From an uncultured Porticoccus sp. (lineage in GTDB: Bacteria > Pseudomonadota > Gammaproteobacteria > Pseudomonadales > Porticoccaceae): DNA of 64,000 nt. Positions 1-9,321 of this stretch are shown piece by piece. The translations under genes were made by a program, and so were the position numbers. Within the stretch, counting starts at the first letter, position 1. Every line of letters begins with the position of its first letter. The notes beneath the pieces were generated by a model. That model ran no database searches. It worked only from the letters and a program-made list of their open reading frames with translations, and was not told where the DNA came from. The DNA lies in NCBI GenBank assembly GCA_964276025.1, contig CAXYDD010000002.1, forward strand, positions 731,568 through 795,567. The letters are read 5' to 3'.

Positions 1-460
1 TTTTTCTCGGTGATCTCGATAAATCTGTAAGAGAAAGCTCCACCCCTTTTTTTGTCAACATCCAATATTGTGTTTCCAAAGAAGGTAATCCTTTTCCTTT
101 TCTAAGAAGGCCTGGGATAGATTGAAACAGAGAGTCACCAATTGGATTATGATAATATCTAGCAGCCCAGATATACAAATCAAAGAGGTGTTTAGGGATC
201 AGGGGCTTAGTGTCGATAATCGATTTTATTGGCTTAAGGCGAGATATCGCAATAGAGCTTTTTTTGCTATTTCCTACGATAATTCCAACAAGCTCTCTTT
301 TTCCAAATGGAACAAAAACTCTTATACCAGGCTGAAGAATTTTACTGCAGGAGCTGTTCTGAAGTTGCTCGGGTGATAAATAGTCAAAAAGTCGTCTTAA
401 TGGTGACGGTACTGCAACATGGTAGATAGTTTGGTCGTTAGTATTGTTCATCATTTTCAT
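1..460 (-). CDS. priA: Primosomal replication protein N' (PriA), N-terminal part; the gene runs off the left edge
   Basis: Absent from the ORF track because there is no stop in the window. Manual reverse-complement translation from the ATG at 460-458 gives MKMMNNTNDQTIYHVAVPSPLRRLFDYLSPEQLQNSSCSKILQPGIRVFVPFGKRELVGII. This fits the conserved PriA N-terminus (VAxPxPLxxxFDYL, G.RV.VPFG). It is divergent from rpmE. Confidence 0.75.
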   Translation of the reverse strand, partial: MKMMNNTNDQTIYHVAVPSPLRRLFDYLSPEQLQNSSCSKILQPGIRVFVPFGKRELVGIIVGNSKKSSIAISRLKPIKSIIDTKPLIPKHLFDLYIWAARYYHNPIGDSLFQSIPGLLRKGKGLPSLETQYWMLTKKGVELSLTDLSRSPRK

Positions 461-595
461 TGTCGAGTATTTTCTTTAAATCCTTGAATGAGTGGATTTT
501 TCTGGTACTATGCTCGCTTAGTTTTGAAGAGTCATGCCACACCTAACAGTATGATGGTTAAGTGGTGGTATGCAAGACATTGAGGCAATGAAAAC

Positions 596-811
596 ATGAA
601 AATAGATATTCATCCAAAATATTACACCATTACAGCTACATGTCGCTGTGGTAATGTGATAAAAGTTGGTTCAACAAAACCTGATTCAATTCATCTCGAT
701 GTATGTTCTCTTTGCCACCCTTTTTACACCGGTAAACAAAAAGTTGCAGATTCAGGCGGAAGAATAGATCGCTTTAGTAAGCGTTTTGCTGGCCGCTCTG
801 TAAAGAAATAA
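596..811 (+). CDS. rpmE: 50S ribosomal protein L31 (Zn-ribbon type)
   Basis: 71 aa beginning [10 protein letters not shown], with CxC...CxxC and HPFYTGKQK motifs typical of L31. Confidence 0.95.
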   Translation: MKIDIHPKYYTITATCRCGNVIKVGSTKPDSIHLDVCSLCHPFYTGKQKVADSGGRIDRFSKRFAGRSVKK

Positions 812-1011
812 TCATTCTTGTCCCTCGTAACCTGTATTTTATAAGTTACTCCTTAGTGCCCCTAAGTTTCACATATTTTTTTTAAATTAAATCAAGAGCT
901 TGATCGATAATAAATATTAAAACCTCATACCTGTAATTATATGCAACCTATTTTATTAAATAGCGATATGCTGATACAGTAAGGTTACTTTAATGCGACG
1001 AGCTAACTTCT

Positions 1012-2061
1012 ATGACAAAAAACGATTATTATTCTCAGGAAAATCATGGTCCATATTCTCTTTTTGATCTCGGTGATTTTAATCTAGAAGAAGGAGGTAT
1101 TATAAAAAACTGTCAACTTGCTTATTCTACTTTTGGCAGTTTAAATTCGAAAAAAGATAACGCTATTCTTGTCAGTACATGGTACTCAGGCACCAGTAAG
1201 ATTATGGAGCAGGTTTATGTAGGAGTTGAGCGCGCTATAAACCCAAATAAATACTTTGTCATTATTGTTAACCAAATTGGTAATGGTTTATCTTCATCAC
1301 CAGATAAAGTTAAAAATTTTGCTGTTGCATCATTCCCAAAGGTTCGAATAGGAGATGATGTAAGAGCTCAACATACCCTTGTAACAAAATATTTTGGTTT
1401 GAGCTCTTTAGCTCTTGTTGTCGGGGGATCAATGGGAGCGCAGCAAACCTGGGAATGGGCTGTAAAATATCCTGATATGGTTAAGAGGGCTGCCCCAATT
1501 GCTGGAACAGCTAAAAACACGACACACGATTTTTTGTTCACAAAAACACTAAATGAAGCAATTATGTCAGATCCTGCTTGGGATTGCGGTGCCTATAAGA
1601 ATCCCAATGCAGTAATTGATGGATTAAGGCGCCACGCTGATTTGTGGTCTGTTATGGGCTATAGCACCGAAATGTTTAAAAAAGAACTTTGGAGAGATTT
1701 AGGATTTTCATCTGCAGAAGAGTTTTGTGAGGGTTTTACACAGGCTTACTTTGCACCAATGGACCCTAATAATCTCCTAACTCTAGCATGGAAATGGCAA
1801 AGAGGTGATGTCAGTAGAAATACAGATGGAGATCTCAAGCAAGCCTTAGGTAGAATAACTGCAAAAATGTTTGTTATGCCTATCAATACAGACATGTTTT
1901 TTCCTCCAAAAGACTGTGAGGATAACCAAAAAATGGTAACAAATAGTGAGCTTAGAGTTATTGCTACTGATTGGGGCCACCTTGGTCTATTTGGCATGGA
2001 TCCGCTGTACATTAAGCAAGTTGATCAACATCTGCATGATCTATTAGATACACCTGTTTAG
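1012..2061 (+). CDS. MetX-like alpha/beta hydrolase (homoserine O-acetyltransferase family; may be an esterase rather than true MetX)
   Basis: 349 aa. N-terminal FxL..G..L....LAYxTfG.LN...DNAIL and the nucleophile elbow GGSMGAQQTWEWA are typical of the MetX fold. The TWYSGT variant makes the substrate uncertain. Confidence 0.7.
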   Translation: MTKNDYYSQENHGPYSLFDLGDFNLEEGGIIKNCQLAYSTFGSLNSKKDNAILVSTWYSGTSKIMEQVYVGVERAINPNKYFVIIVNQIGNGLSSSPDKVKNFAVASFPKVRIGDDVRAQHTLVTKYFGLSSLALVVGGSMGAQQTWEWAVKYPDMVKRAAPIAGTAKNTTHDFLFTKTLNEAIMSDPAWDCGAYKNPNAVIDGLRRHADLWSVMGYSTEMFKKELWRDLGFSSAEEFCEGFTQAYFAPMDPNNLLTLAWKWQRGDVSRNTDGDLKQALGRITAKMFVMPINTDMFFPPKDCEDNQKMVTNSELRVIATDWGHLGLFGMDPLYIKQVDQHLHDLLDTPV

Positions 2062-2068
2062 CTAAGTG

Positions 2069-3340
2069 CTACTTGAGATCAGAAAAACTGGATGTTCTAG
2101 TTTGAAGATTTAAGCCACCAGTTAATCTGCTACCTTTTTTTGTAGTTTTGGGAGTTTCCCCCCTATATTTTCTTGGCTTACTTTTCATCTTTGAATCAGG
2201 AAGATTGTGTTGGGGCTCAAAACCTTCGAAAATTTTCCTAGGTATCGTCTTCCTTAGTAAAGTTTCGATTTTTTGTAAATTTTCAAATTCGTCGGCACTT
2301 ACGAGTGATATAGCTTTTCCGGATATTCCTGCCCTACCAGTTCTACCAATTCTATGGATATAGTTTTCAGCAACCTTAGGTAATTCAAAGTTAATAACGC
2401 ATTGCAACTTGCTAACATCAATGCCGCGAGCTGCAATATCAGTTGAAATAAGGATTCTTATAGTTCTTTTTTTAAATTCAGAAAGGCGCTTAGCTCTTGT
2501 ACTTTGATTTTTGTCGCTGTGAAGTGTTGATGAATTTAGACCTTTTTTGTTTAAAAAAGATGAAATAAGCTCAGTATTTTTCTTTGTATTAGTAAAGATA
2601 AGAACCTGATCTAAATTTTGATCAGAAATTAACTTTGATAGAAGCTCAGGTTTAAGTTTTTTATCTACCGGAAAAACCCAATGCTTTACCAAATCAGCAG
2701 CAGTATTTTTTGATGAAACTGAGACTTCGATAGGGTCATTCAGCAATTTCCTAGAAAGACTTAAAATTTCTTTCGAAAAGGTAGCTGAATATATTAAATT
2801 TTGTCTGATATTTGGTAGTAGTGATAGAATTTTCTGAATTTCATCTGAAAAACCAAGGTCTAGCATACGATCTGCTTCATCTAGAACTAGTACTTTTAGG
2901 GCTGGAAATTTGATTGCATTTTTGCTGATCAAATCCAAAAGCCTTCCAGGGGTAGCAATAAGAATATCAGAACCCTTACGGAGACTCATCATTTGCGGAT
3001 TAATCTTTGCACCCCCATAAACTACGTTTATTCGCAGCGAAGTATACTTACTATACTGGCGGGCATGCTCCCCAATCTGAATAGCGAGCTCTCTTGTGGG
3101 TGCTAGCACTAGTGATCGCCCTTGATTTGGTTTTGTTTTTCCTGCCTCCAGTAATAGTTGAAGCAATGGAAGTAAAAAGCTAGCTGTTTTACCCGTACCG
3201 GTCTGAGCGGTGGCTATAATATCCTTACCTTGAAATACTAGCGGAATTGTTTTTAGCTGAATCGGTGTTGCAAATATATATTCTTTTTCTTTTAAAGCTT
3301 TCAGTATTTGTTCCGATAGATCAAAATTAGAAAAACTCAT
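2069..3340 (-). CDS. ATP-dependent DEAD-box RNA helicase (RhlE-like)
   Basis: Q-motif, AQTGTGKT, PTRELA, DEAD, SAT and HRIGRTGRAG motifs, plus a basic C-terminal tail. Confidence 0.9.
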   Translation of the reverse strand: MSFSNFDLSEQILKALKEKEYIFATPIQLKTIPLVFQGKDIIATAQTGTGKTASFLLPLLQLLLEAGKTKPNQGRSLVLAPTRELAIQIGEHARQYSKYTSLRINVVYGGAKINPQMMSLRKGSDILIATPGRLLDLISKNAIKFPALKVLVLDEADRMLDLGFSDEIQKILSLLPNIRQNLIYSATFSKEILSLSRKLLNDPIEVSVSSKNTAADLVKHWVFPVDKKLKPELLSKLISDQNLDQVLIFTNTKKNTELISSFLNKKGLNSSTLHSDKNQSTRAKRLSEFKKRTIRILISTDIAARGIDVSKLQCVINFELPKVAENYIHRIGRTGRAGISGKAISLVSADEFENLQKIETLLRKTIPRKIFEGFEPQHNLPDSKMKSKPRKYRGETPKTTKKGSRLTGGLNLQTRTSSFSDLK

Positions 3341-3520
3341 TAGATGTTCTCATATATTTTAGAAATATTTTTAAGTGTGTCACTATAAATTCACTGAGAA
3401 TTTTAAAGTAAAATATATAAAAATTTATTATACATGTAAGCAGAGATATGCATTCATAGTTTTAAAATAGATTTTAGAGAGCTAAGATAAATTTCTACTC
3501 GTAATAACTAGGCAATATCA

Positions 3521-4063
3521 ATGAAAAATACATTATATTATATATATCTGATTCTCTTTAGTTTATGGGTTCCATCATCATACAGCGCGACTACTGAGGA
3601 GGCCTATAGCATTATTAGAAACGGGAACCCAGAGCAGGGATATAAAATGCTCCTCACTCTTGCAGATAAAAATAACGATCCAAGAGCATTTTACGGGATA
3701 GCTTTGCTTTTTAAGGAAGGATGGGGTGTAAGTAAAAATAGTAAAACAGCTATAGAGTATTATAAAAAGGCTGCAAACCTTGATCATACAAGAGCAATGT
3801 TTGATTTAGGAACTTTTTATCAAAATGGTCTTTTGTTAGAGCAAAATTACAAACAAGCTATTCTGTGGTATGAAAAAGCTGCAAATAAGGGTTATGCAGC
3901 GGCAATGTATGGTTTAGGGGGACTTTATTTCAATGGACTTGGTGTCAAAAAAGATCCAGATAAGGGTACGATTTGGTTTACCAAAGCGGCAAATATTGGA
4001 TTTGAGCCCGCTATAAATTTTCTCGATGCAGTAAATAACTTGGGTATTCCCTCTGAGAACTAA
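3521..4063 (+). CDS. Secreted Sel1/TPR-like repeat protein
   Basis: Signal peptide, then repeated A..YYKKAA..G...A...LG..Y..G.GV..D units (Sel1 repeats). Confidence 0.8.
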   Translation: MKNTLYYIYLILFSLWVPSSYSATTEEAYSIIRNGNPEQGYKMLLTLADKNNDPRAFYGIALLFKEGWGVSKNSKTAIEYYKKAANLDHTRAMFDLGTFYQNGLLLEQNYKQAILWYEKAANKGYAAAMYGLGGLYFNGLGVKKDPDKGTIWFTKAANIGFEPAINFLDAVNNLGIPSEN

Positions 4064-4196
4064 CTTTCTTTTATAGCAGAAATGCTATTGAAAAGTTATA
4101 ATATTATATAAATTGATTTATCATAAATCTATATAATTTGGTTTTAGCATTTATAGCGCGATCAGTAAGGAAAACGTCGCTAACGGAGAAGTATTG

Positions 4197-5765
4197 ATGA
4201 TGAAATTAGGTATACCTAAAGAGATTTTTCCAGATGAAAAGAGGGTAGCAGCGACACCTGCATCTGTTCTGAAATTAATTAAGCTTGGCTATGATGTGAT
4301 TATTGAGTCATCAGCAGGCAAAACAGCCCATTATGAAGACCAAGATTTCATTGATGCAGGAGCATCGATATCCAAAAAAACAGAGGACCTTTGGGCTCAA
4401 GCAGATTTTATTTTAAAAGTTAGAGCGCCGATGATAAACCCAGATACTGGGATTCATGAAGCAGAGTTGATGAAAAAAGGTGCTTATATCGTAAGCTATA
4501 TTTGGCCTGCTGAAAATTCAGAATTACTTGATGACCTTGCCTCAAAGGGCGCTACAGTTTTTGCTATTGATAGCTTACCCCGTATCAGTCGCGCACAAAA
4601 AATGGATGCCCTGAGTGCTATGGCAAATATATCAGGTTACCGAGCAGTTATAGAGGCTGCCAGTTGCTTCGGACGTTTTTTTACAGGACAAGTAACTGCA
4701 GCTGGTAAAGTCCCTCCTGCGAAAATTATGGTCATTGGTGCTGGTGTTGCCGGATTGGCAGCTGTCGGCACAGCTAATAGTATGGGTGCTATTGTTAGAG
4801 CATTTGACACCCGATTAGAGGTGAAAGAACAAGTTGAAAGTATGGGTGCTCAATTTTTAGAATTAGACTTTTCAGATGAAGAGGGCGGTGGCGGTGGCGG
4901 TTACGCCAAACAAATGAGTGATGAATTTATTGCTGCTGAGATGGCTCTTTTTGCTGAACAGGCTAAAGAAGTGGATATAATTATAACAACTGCACTTATA
5001 CCCGGAAGACCAGCCCCTAAGCTAATAACAGCGGCTATGGTTGAATCAATGAAATCAGGAAGCGTAGTTGTTGATTTAGCTTCAGAGCGTGGCGGTAACT
5101 GTGAATTAACAGAACCTGGAAAAATAGTAGAAAAGCATGGAGTTACTCTCATAGGTCATACAGATTTACCAAGTCGTATGGCGAAAGTTTCTAGTGATCT
5201 ATATTCAAGTAATCTGGTGCATTTATTGTCCGATCTGACTCCAGAGAAGAATGGTAAACCTAATGTAGATATGGATGATGTAGTTATTCGTGGAGTGACA
5301 GTGGTTAAGGATAAAAAAATCACATGGCCTCCACCTAAAGTAGAGGTTTCAGCACCCCCAGCTTCTAAGCTAAGTGAAGAAGCAAAAGAAGTTGTTGTAA
5401 AAGAGCCCACTTTTCTAGATAAATGGCTTGGTAAAGGAACTTTATTGGCTTTGACATTAGCTGTACTTTTTGGTGTTGGAGGGTATGCACCAGAAAGCTT
5501 TTTGAGCCATTTTACAGTTTTTGTATTGTCGTGCTTTATTGGTTATCAAGTTGTATGGAATGTCACGGCATCATTGCATACTCCACTGATGAGCGTTACT
5601 AATGCTATAAGCGGAATAATTGTAATTGGAGCTATATTGCATCTAGTTGCTGCTGATGATGGTACCGTCGGAATTATGTCATTTACCGCAGTTTTGATTG
5701 CAACCATCAACATAGCAGGTGGGTTTAAAGTAACTCATCGTATGCTTAATATGTTCCGCAAATAG
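4197..5765 (+). CDS. pntA: NAD(P) transhydrogenase subunit alpha (full length, with C-terminal TM helices)
   Basis: Rossmann GAGVAGLAA motif, a [11 protein letters not shown] loop and a C-terminal membrane domain. It lies directly upstream of pntB. The ORF track starts at a TTG at 4194; the ATG at 4197, behind a GGAG, is preferred. Confidence 0.92.
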   Translation: MMKLGIPKEIFPDEKRVAATPASVLKLIKLGYDVIIESSAGKTAHYEDQDFIDAGASISKKTEDLWAQADFILKVRAPMINPDTGIHEAELMKKGAYIVSYIWPAENSELLDDLASKGATVFAIDSLPRISRAQKMDALSAMANISGYRAVIEAASCFGRFFTGQVTAAGKVPPAKIMVIGAGVAGLAAVGTANSMGAIVRAFDTRLEVKEQVESMGAQFLELDFSDEEGGGGGGYAKQMSDEFIAAEMALFAEQAKEVDIIITTALIPGRPAPKLITAAMVESMKSGSVVVDLASERGGNCELTEPGKIVEKHGVTLIGHTDLPSRMAKVSSDLYSSNLVHLLSDLTPEKNGKPNVDMDDVVIRGVTVVKDKKITWPPPKVEVSAPPASKLSEEAKEVVVKEPTFLDKWLGKGTLLALTLAVLFGVGGYAPESFLSHFTVFVLSCFIGYQVVWNVTASLHTPLMSVTNAISGIIVIGAILHLVAADDGTVGIMSFTAVLIATINIAGGFKVTHRMLNMFRK

Positions 5766-5776
5766 GAGATATAATT

Positions 5777-7174
5777 ATGAGCACAGGTTTTGTGAGCGTT
5801 GCTTATGTTTTAGCTAGCGTGTTATTCATACTAAGTCTTGGAGGGCTTAGTCATCAGGAATCTGCCAGAAGAGGTAATCTTTTTGGTATAGCGGGCATTA
5901 TAATTGCTGTTGGAGCGACTATCGCTGGTGTAAATATGGGGATTGGTAGTACTTCAACTATTATCCTAGCACTTGTTATTGGAGCTGTCATAGGCTTGTT
6001 TCTTGCCAATAAGGTAGAAATGACACAAATGCCTCAATTGGTTGCTTTATTGCATAGTTTTGTTGGTTTGGCTGCTGTTTTAGTGGGTTTTGCAGGACAT
6101 CTTGATCCGTTAATAAAAACAGTTGGGGCGGAACATACCATCAAGATGGTAGAAATTTTCTTAGGTATATTTATTGGTGCTATTACTTTCACAGGATCAC
6201 TTATCGCTTGTGGTAAACTCCAAGGCGTGGTGTCTAGTTCCGCTTTAACTTTGCCGGGAAGACATGCGATGAACTTGTTAGCTTTAGGGTTGGTTATTGC
6301 CTTAGGCTCATGGTTTATAAGCACAGATAGCCTAATGCCCCTAATAATTATGACGATCGTAGCGTCCGTTTTAGGTATCCATTTAATCTTAGCTATTGGC
6401 GGGGCAGATATGCCAGTCGTAGTTTCTATGCTAAACAGTTACTCAGGTTGGGCGGCTGCATCTATCGGATTTATGTTAGGTAACGACCTCCTTATAGTGA
6501 CTGGCGCTTTAGTGGGCAGTAGTGGTGCAATTTTGAGTTATATTATGTGTCGCGCAATGAATAGGTCTTTCGTTAGTGTCATTTTAGGAGGTTTTGGCCA
6601 AACGTCTGGAAGTTCAAGTGCAGGATCAGCTGACGGTGATTTAGTAGCCCTAGAAACTTCTACTGAAGAAGTCTGTGAAGAATTGCTTTCTGCCCAATCC
6701 GTAATAATCGTGCCTGGTTATGGGATGGCAGTTGCACAAGCTCAAAATGCAGTTGGTGAAATCACCAAAATACTTCGTGATAAAGGGATATCAGTTCGTT
6801 TTGGCATACATCCCGTAGCTGGTCGATTACCAGGACATATGAATGTTCTATTAGCAGAAGCCAAGGTTCCATACGATATCGTATTAGAAATGGATGAACT
6901 AAATGATGATTTTCCAGATACCGATGTTGTGCTTGTGATAGGAGCAAACGATACAGTAAACCCAGCTGCTATGGATGATCCAGACAGCCCTATTGCTGGA
7001 ATGCCTGTATTGGAGGTATGGAAATCAGGACAAGTGGTTATACTCAAACGTGGAATGGCTTCGGGTTATGCTGGTGTTGAAAATCCTTTGTTCTTCAAAG
7101 ATAACTCACGCATGCTGTTTGGTGACGCGAAAGAAAGCGTTGATAAGCTACTTGGAATATTAAGGGTTGGTTGA
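5777..7174 (+). CDS. pntB: NAD(P) transhydrogenase subunit beta
   Basis: 465 aa with a polytopic N-terminal half and a C-terminal NADP(H) domain ([19 protein letters not shown]). Confidence 0.95.
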   Translation: MSTGFVSVAYVLASVLFILSLGGLSHQESARRGNLFGIAGIIIAVGATIAGVNMGIGSTSTIILALVIGAVIGLFLANKVEMTQMPQLVALLHSFVGLAAVLVGFAGHLDPLIKTVGAEHTIKMVEIFLGIFIGAITFTGSLIACGKLQGVVSSSALTLPGRHAMNLLALGLVIALGSWFISTDSLMPLIIMTIVASVLGIHLILAIGGADMPVVVSMLNSYSGWAAASIGFMLGNDLLIVTGALVGSSGAILSYIMCRAMNRSFVSVILGGFGQTSGSSSAGSADGDLVALETSTEEVCEELLSAQSVIIVPGYGMAVAQAQNAVGEITKILRDKGISVRFGIHPVAGRLPGHMNVLLAEAKVPYDIVLEMDELNDDFPDTDVVLVIGANDTVNPAAMDDPDSPIAGMPVLEVWKSGQVVILKRGMASGYAGVENPLFFKDNSRMLFGDAKESVDKLLGILRVG

Positions 7175-7260
7175 TCAAAAAAACTAAGCGCTACGAGTAT
7201 CTTTATTGATGTGCTCATGACACTTCCTCATGCCTATTTTTTTAGGGCAAACCTCTGAAT

Positions 7261-7482
7261 ATGCTAAAAAATAAAGTAAATTTTAAGAAACTCCTTAATA
7301 GTAAATGGACGTCAGTTAGCCCAATCAATAAAGAAAAGCACTTTATGGTCATTCAGGTTGGTCATAATGAGAAAGGCGAAATATCATCTTGCTTTATTGA
7401 AGCTATTCTATCAAACCATATAACTGCTTTAGATTGGAGAGAACTAAAAGACCCGAAAATTTGGTTGAATGGTTGGATATGA
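7261..7482 (+). CDS. Small Trp-rich conserved protein (TIGR02450-like)
   Basis: 73 aa with KLLNSKWTSV..NKEKHFMV...LDWRELKD...W..GW, a pattern I recognise as the TIGR02450 Trp-rich family. Confidence 0.6.
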   Translation: MLKNKVNFKKLLNSKWTSVSPINKEKHFMVIQVGHNEKGEISSCFIEAILSNHITALDWRELKDPKIWLNGWI

Positions 7483-7982
7483 AGATAGTTCTAGTGAACG
7501 ATAAAATGCAGACTGATTATAAATATAGTTTGGTTGCTCCTACTGGCGATAATTTTAATGCTATCTTTCAACCGCAACTGACCCCAAAAGAGATGTTGAA
7601 GTTGGGCGTTTTTGGTGGAAAATATTTAAATGATTGCAAAAGTGAATATCCTAAAGATTGGTTTTTAAACGCTAAGCTTAGCCCCTCCAAGAAAAATATA
7701 AAATTAAATTATTTCTCTGTTGATGCATCCCAGCCATTAAGTGAGTGGAATAAGAAGGGTTGGATTCACCCCAAAGATCCTCGTGGTTGGTTTCAATGGT
7801 ATTGTCGATATTATTTAGGCAGAAGAATGGAGGATGAGGACTTAAGACAGATTAAACGATGGAGATCTTTTAGTAGGCATGCAGGAGCTATAAAAAAGTA
7901 TTGTGAGCCCTATGATTTCAGTTGCAGAAAAAAACAAAGACAGGCTCTATTGCACTGGGCCTATGATTCCAGAGAACTATAA
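7479..7982 (+). CDS. Conserved hypothetical protein (GWIHPKDPRGWFQWYCRYYLGRR motif), function unknown
   Basis: The ATG at 7479 overlaps the upstream stop (ATGA). The ORF track's longer version, starting at 7434, would overlap the upstream gene by 49 nt. No family is assigned. Confidence 0.6.
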   Translation: MKIVLVNDKMQTDYKYSLVAPTGDNFNAIFQPQLTPKEMLKLGVFGGKYLNDCKSEYPKDWFLNAKLSPSKKNIKLNYFSVDASQPLSEWNKKGWIHPKDPRGWFQWYCRYYLGRRMEDEDLRQIKRWRSFSRHAGAIKKYCEPYDFSCRKKQRQALLHWAYDSREL

Positions 7983-8030
7983 AGATTATTTCATAGACGT
8001 TACTATTTGACTCAAATATAAATTAGATGG

Positions 8031-9254
8031 TTACTTCTTTTTTTGTAAGTTTTTCTTTGTGGCTTTATTTTTTTTGGTTCCAGCTGCTTTGCCTGAATTT
8101 TTAATCTTTTTTGGACCACAGTAGTCTGCCTTTAACCCCTTAAGCACCCTTTTTTGAAATCGAATTTTAAGATATCGCTCAATACTAGACATTTGATTCC
8201 AATCATTAGCTTCAATTAAGGAGATTGCTGTACCTTTTTTTCCAGCTCTTCCGGTTCTTCCAGCACGATGAATATACTCATCTCCTGATGATGCAATATT
8301 GAAATTCAGTACTATTTCAACATCATTGATATCTAAACCACGAGCTGCCAAGTCAGTAGCTACAAGAATCTCTATGCTACCACTATGGAATTTTGCTATA
8401 ACAGCCTTGCGGTCATTTTGAGAGATTTCTCCATGTATAAATGCGGAACGGTATTTTTTATATCTTAAAAAGTTACTAAGTTGTTCGCATTGAATTCGTG
8501 TTTTACAAAAAATAAATATTTTTTTTGCTTTTTCTTCATTAATAAGAGCTACTATTAATTCTTCTTTATGTTTTTTGTTATCACATAAAACTATCTGTTG
8601 TGAAATTTGTGGAGGACATTGCCTCGCTGAATTTATCTCTATTAATTCAGGGTCTTTAAACATTGTCTTGATTTGCTTAAAACCTTTGTGATTCAGCGTG
8701 GCAGAAAATAATAAATTTTGCTTATTTTGATTACAGCTTTTGGAGATTATTTGCATTTCATCAGCAAAACCCATATCAAGCATTCGATCTGCTTCATCTA
8801 ATATTAGTATCTCTAAATCGCTAAAATCAGTTGTGCCTTTTTCAATATGCTCCACTAACCTTCCCGGTGTGGCTATAATTATTTCAGGATTTTTTCTTAA
8901 AGTTGCGACTTGATGTTTGAATGCTTCGCCGCCAATAATTAGACCGGATTTAATATATGTAAAAGATGCCAGCTGTTTTAAGAAGGCTTGTGTCTGGATT
9001 GCTAGCTCACGAGTTGGTAAAAGAATCAAAGAACGGGTACTAGATCGAGGAGCATCATTTTCTAGCATAAAATGTAATGTAGGTAGCAAAAAAGTTGCAG
9101 TTTTCCCGCTACCTGTTTGCGCCGATACCATAATATCTTTACCTTCTTGTATTAGCGGGATTATCTTTTTTTGGACATCTGTTGCTTCAACCAACGAAAT
9201 CTTTTCGAGAGCTTTTAGTAGCTGTTTGTGTATTGCAAGCGATTGAAAATTCAC
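8031..9254 (-). CDS. ATP-dependent DEAD-box RNA helicase (second copy)
   Basis: AQTGSGKT, PTRELA, DEAD, SAT and HRAGRTGRAG motifs, plus a Lys-rich C-terminal tail. Confidence 0.9.
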   Translation of the reverse strand: MNFQSLAIHKQLLKALEKISLVEATDVQKKIIPLIQEGKDIMVSAQTGSGKTATFLLPTLHFMLENDAPRSSTRSLILLPTRELAIQTQAFLKQLASFTYIKSGLIIGGEAFKHQVATLRKNPEIIIATPGRLVEHIEKGTTDFSDLEILILDEADRMLDMGFADEMQIISKSCNQNKQNLLFSATLNHKGFKQIKTMFKDPELIEINSARQCPPQISQQIVLCDNKKHKEELIVALINEEKAKKIFIFCKTRIQCEQLSNFLRYKKYRSAFIHGEISQNDRKAVIAKFHSGSIEILVATDLAARGLDINDVEIVLNFNIASSGDEYIHRAGRTGRAGKKGTAISLIEANDWNQMSSIERYLKIRFQKRVLKGLKADYCGPKKIKNSGKAAGTKKNKATKKNLQKKK

Positions 9255-9321
9255 TAATTAAGTCACCTGATTAAAAATATTAATTTTAATCTCTATTGAT
9301 AAATTCTAATGTTGTTTGATT

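Noticed and set aside
122-376. 84-aa ORF on the plus strand
   Set aside because: It lies entirely antisense to a reading frame that translates into a clear PriA N-terminus. It has no recognisable features of its own.
812-1011. Possible SAM-type riboswitch upstream of the MetX-like gene
   Set aside because: The leader is 200 nt long, and metX genes in marine bacteria often carry SAM-II or SAM-V elements. However, I could not identify the conserved pseudoknot or an AAAGCU-type core convincingly by eye (only GAGCTAA near the start). An Infernal scan is needed, so I make no claim.
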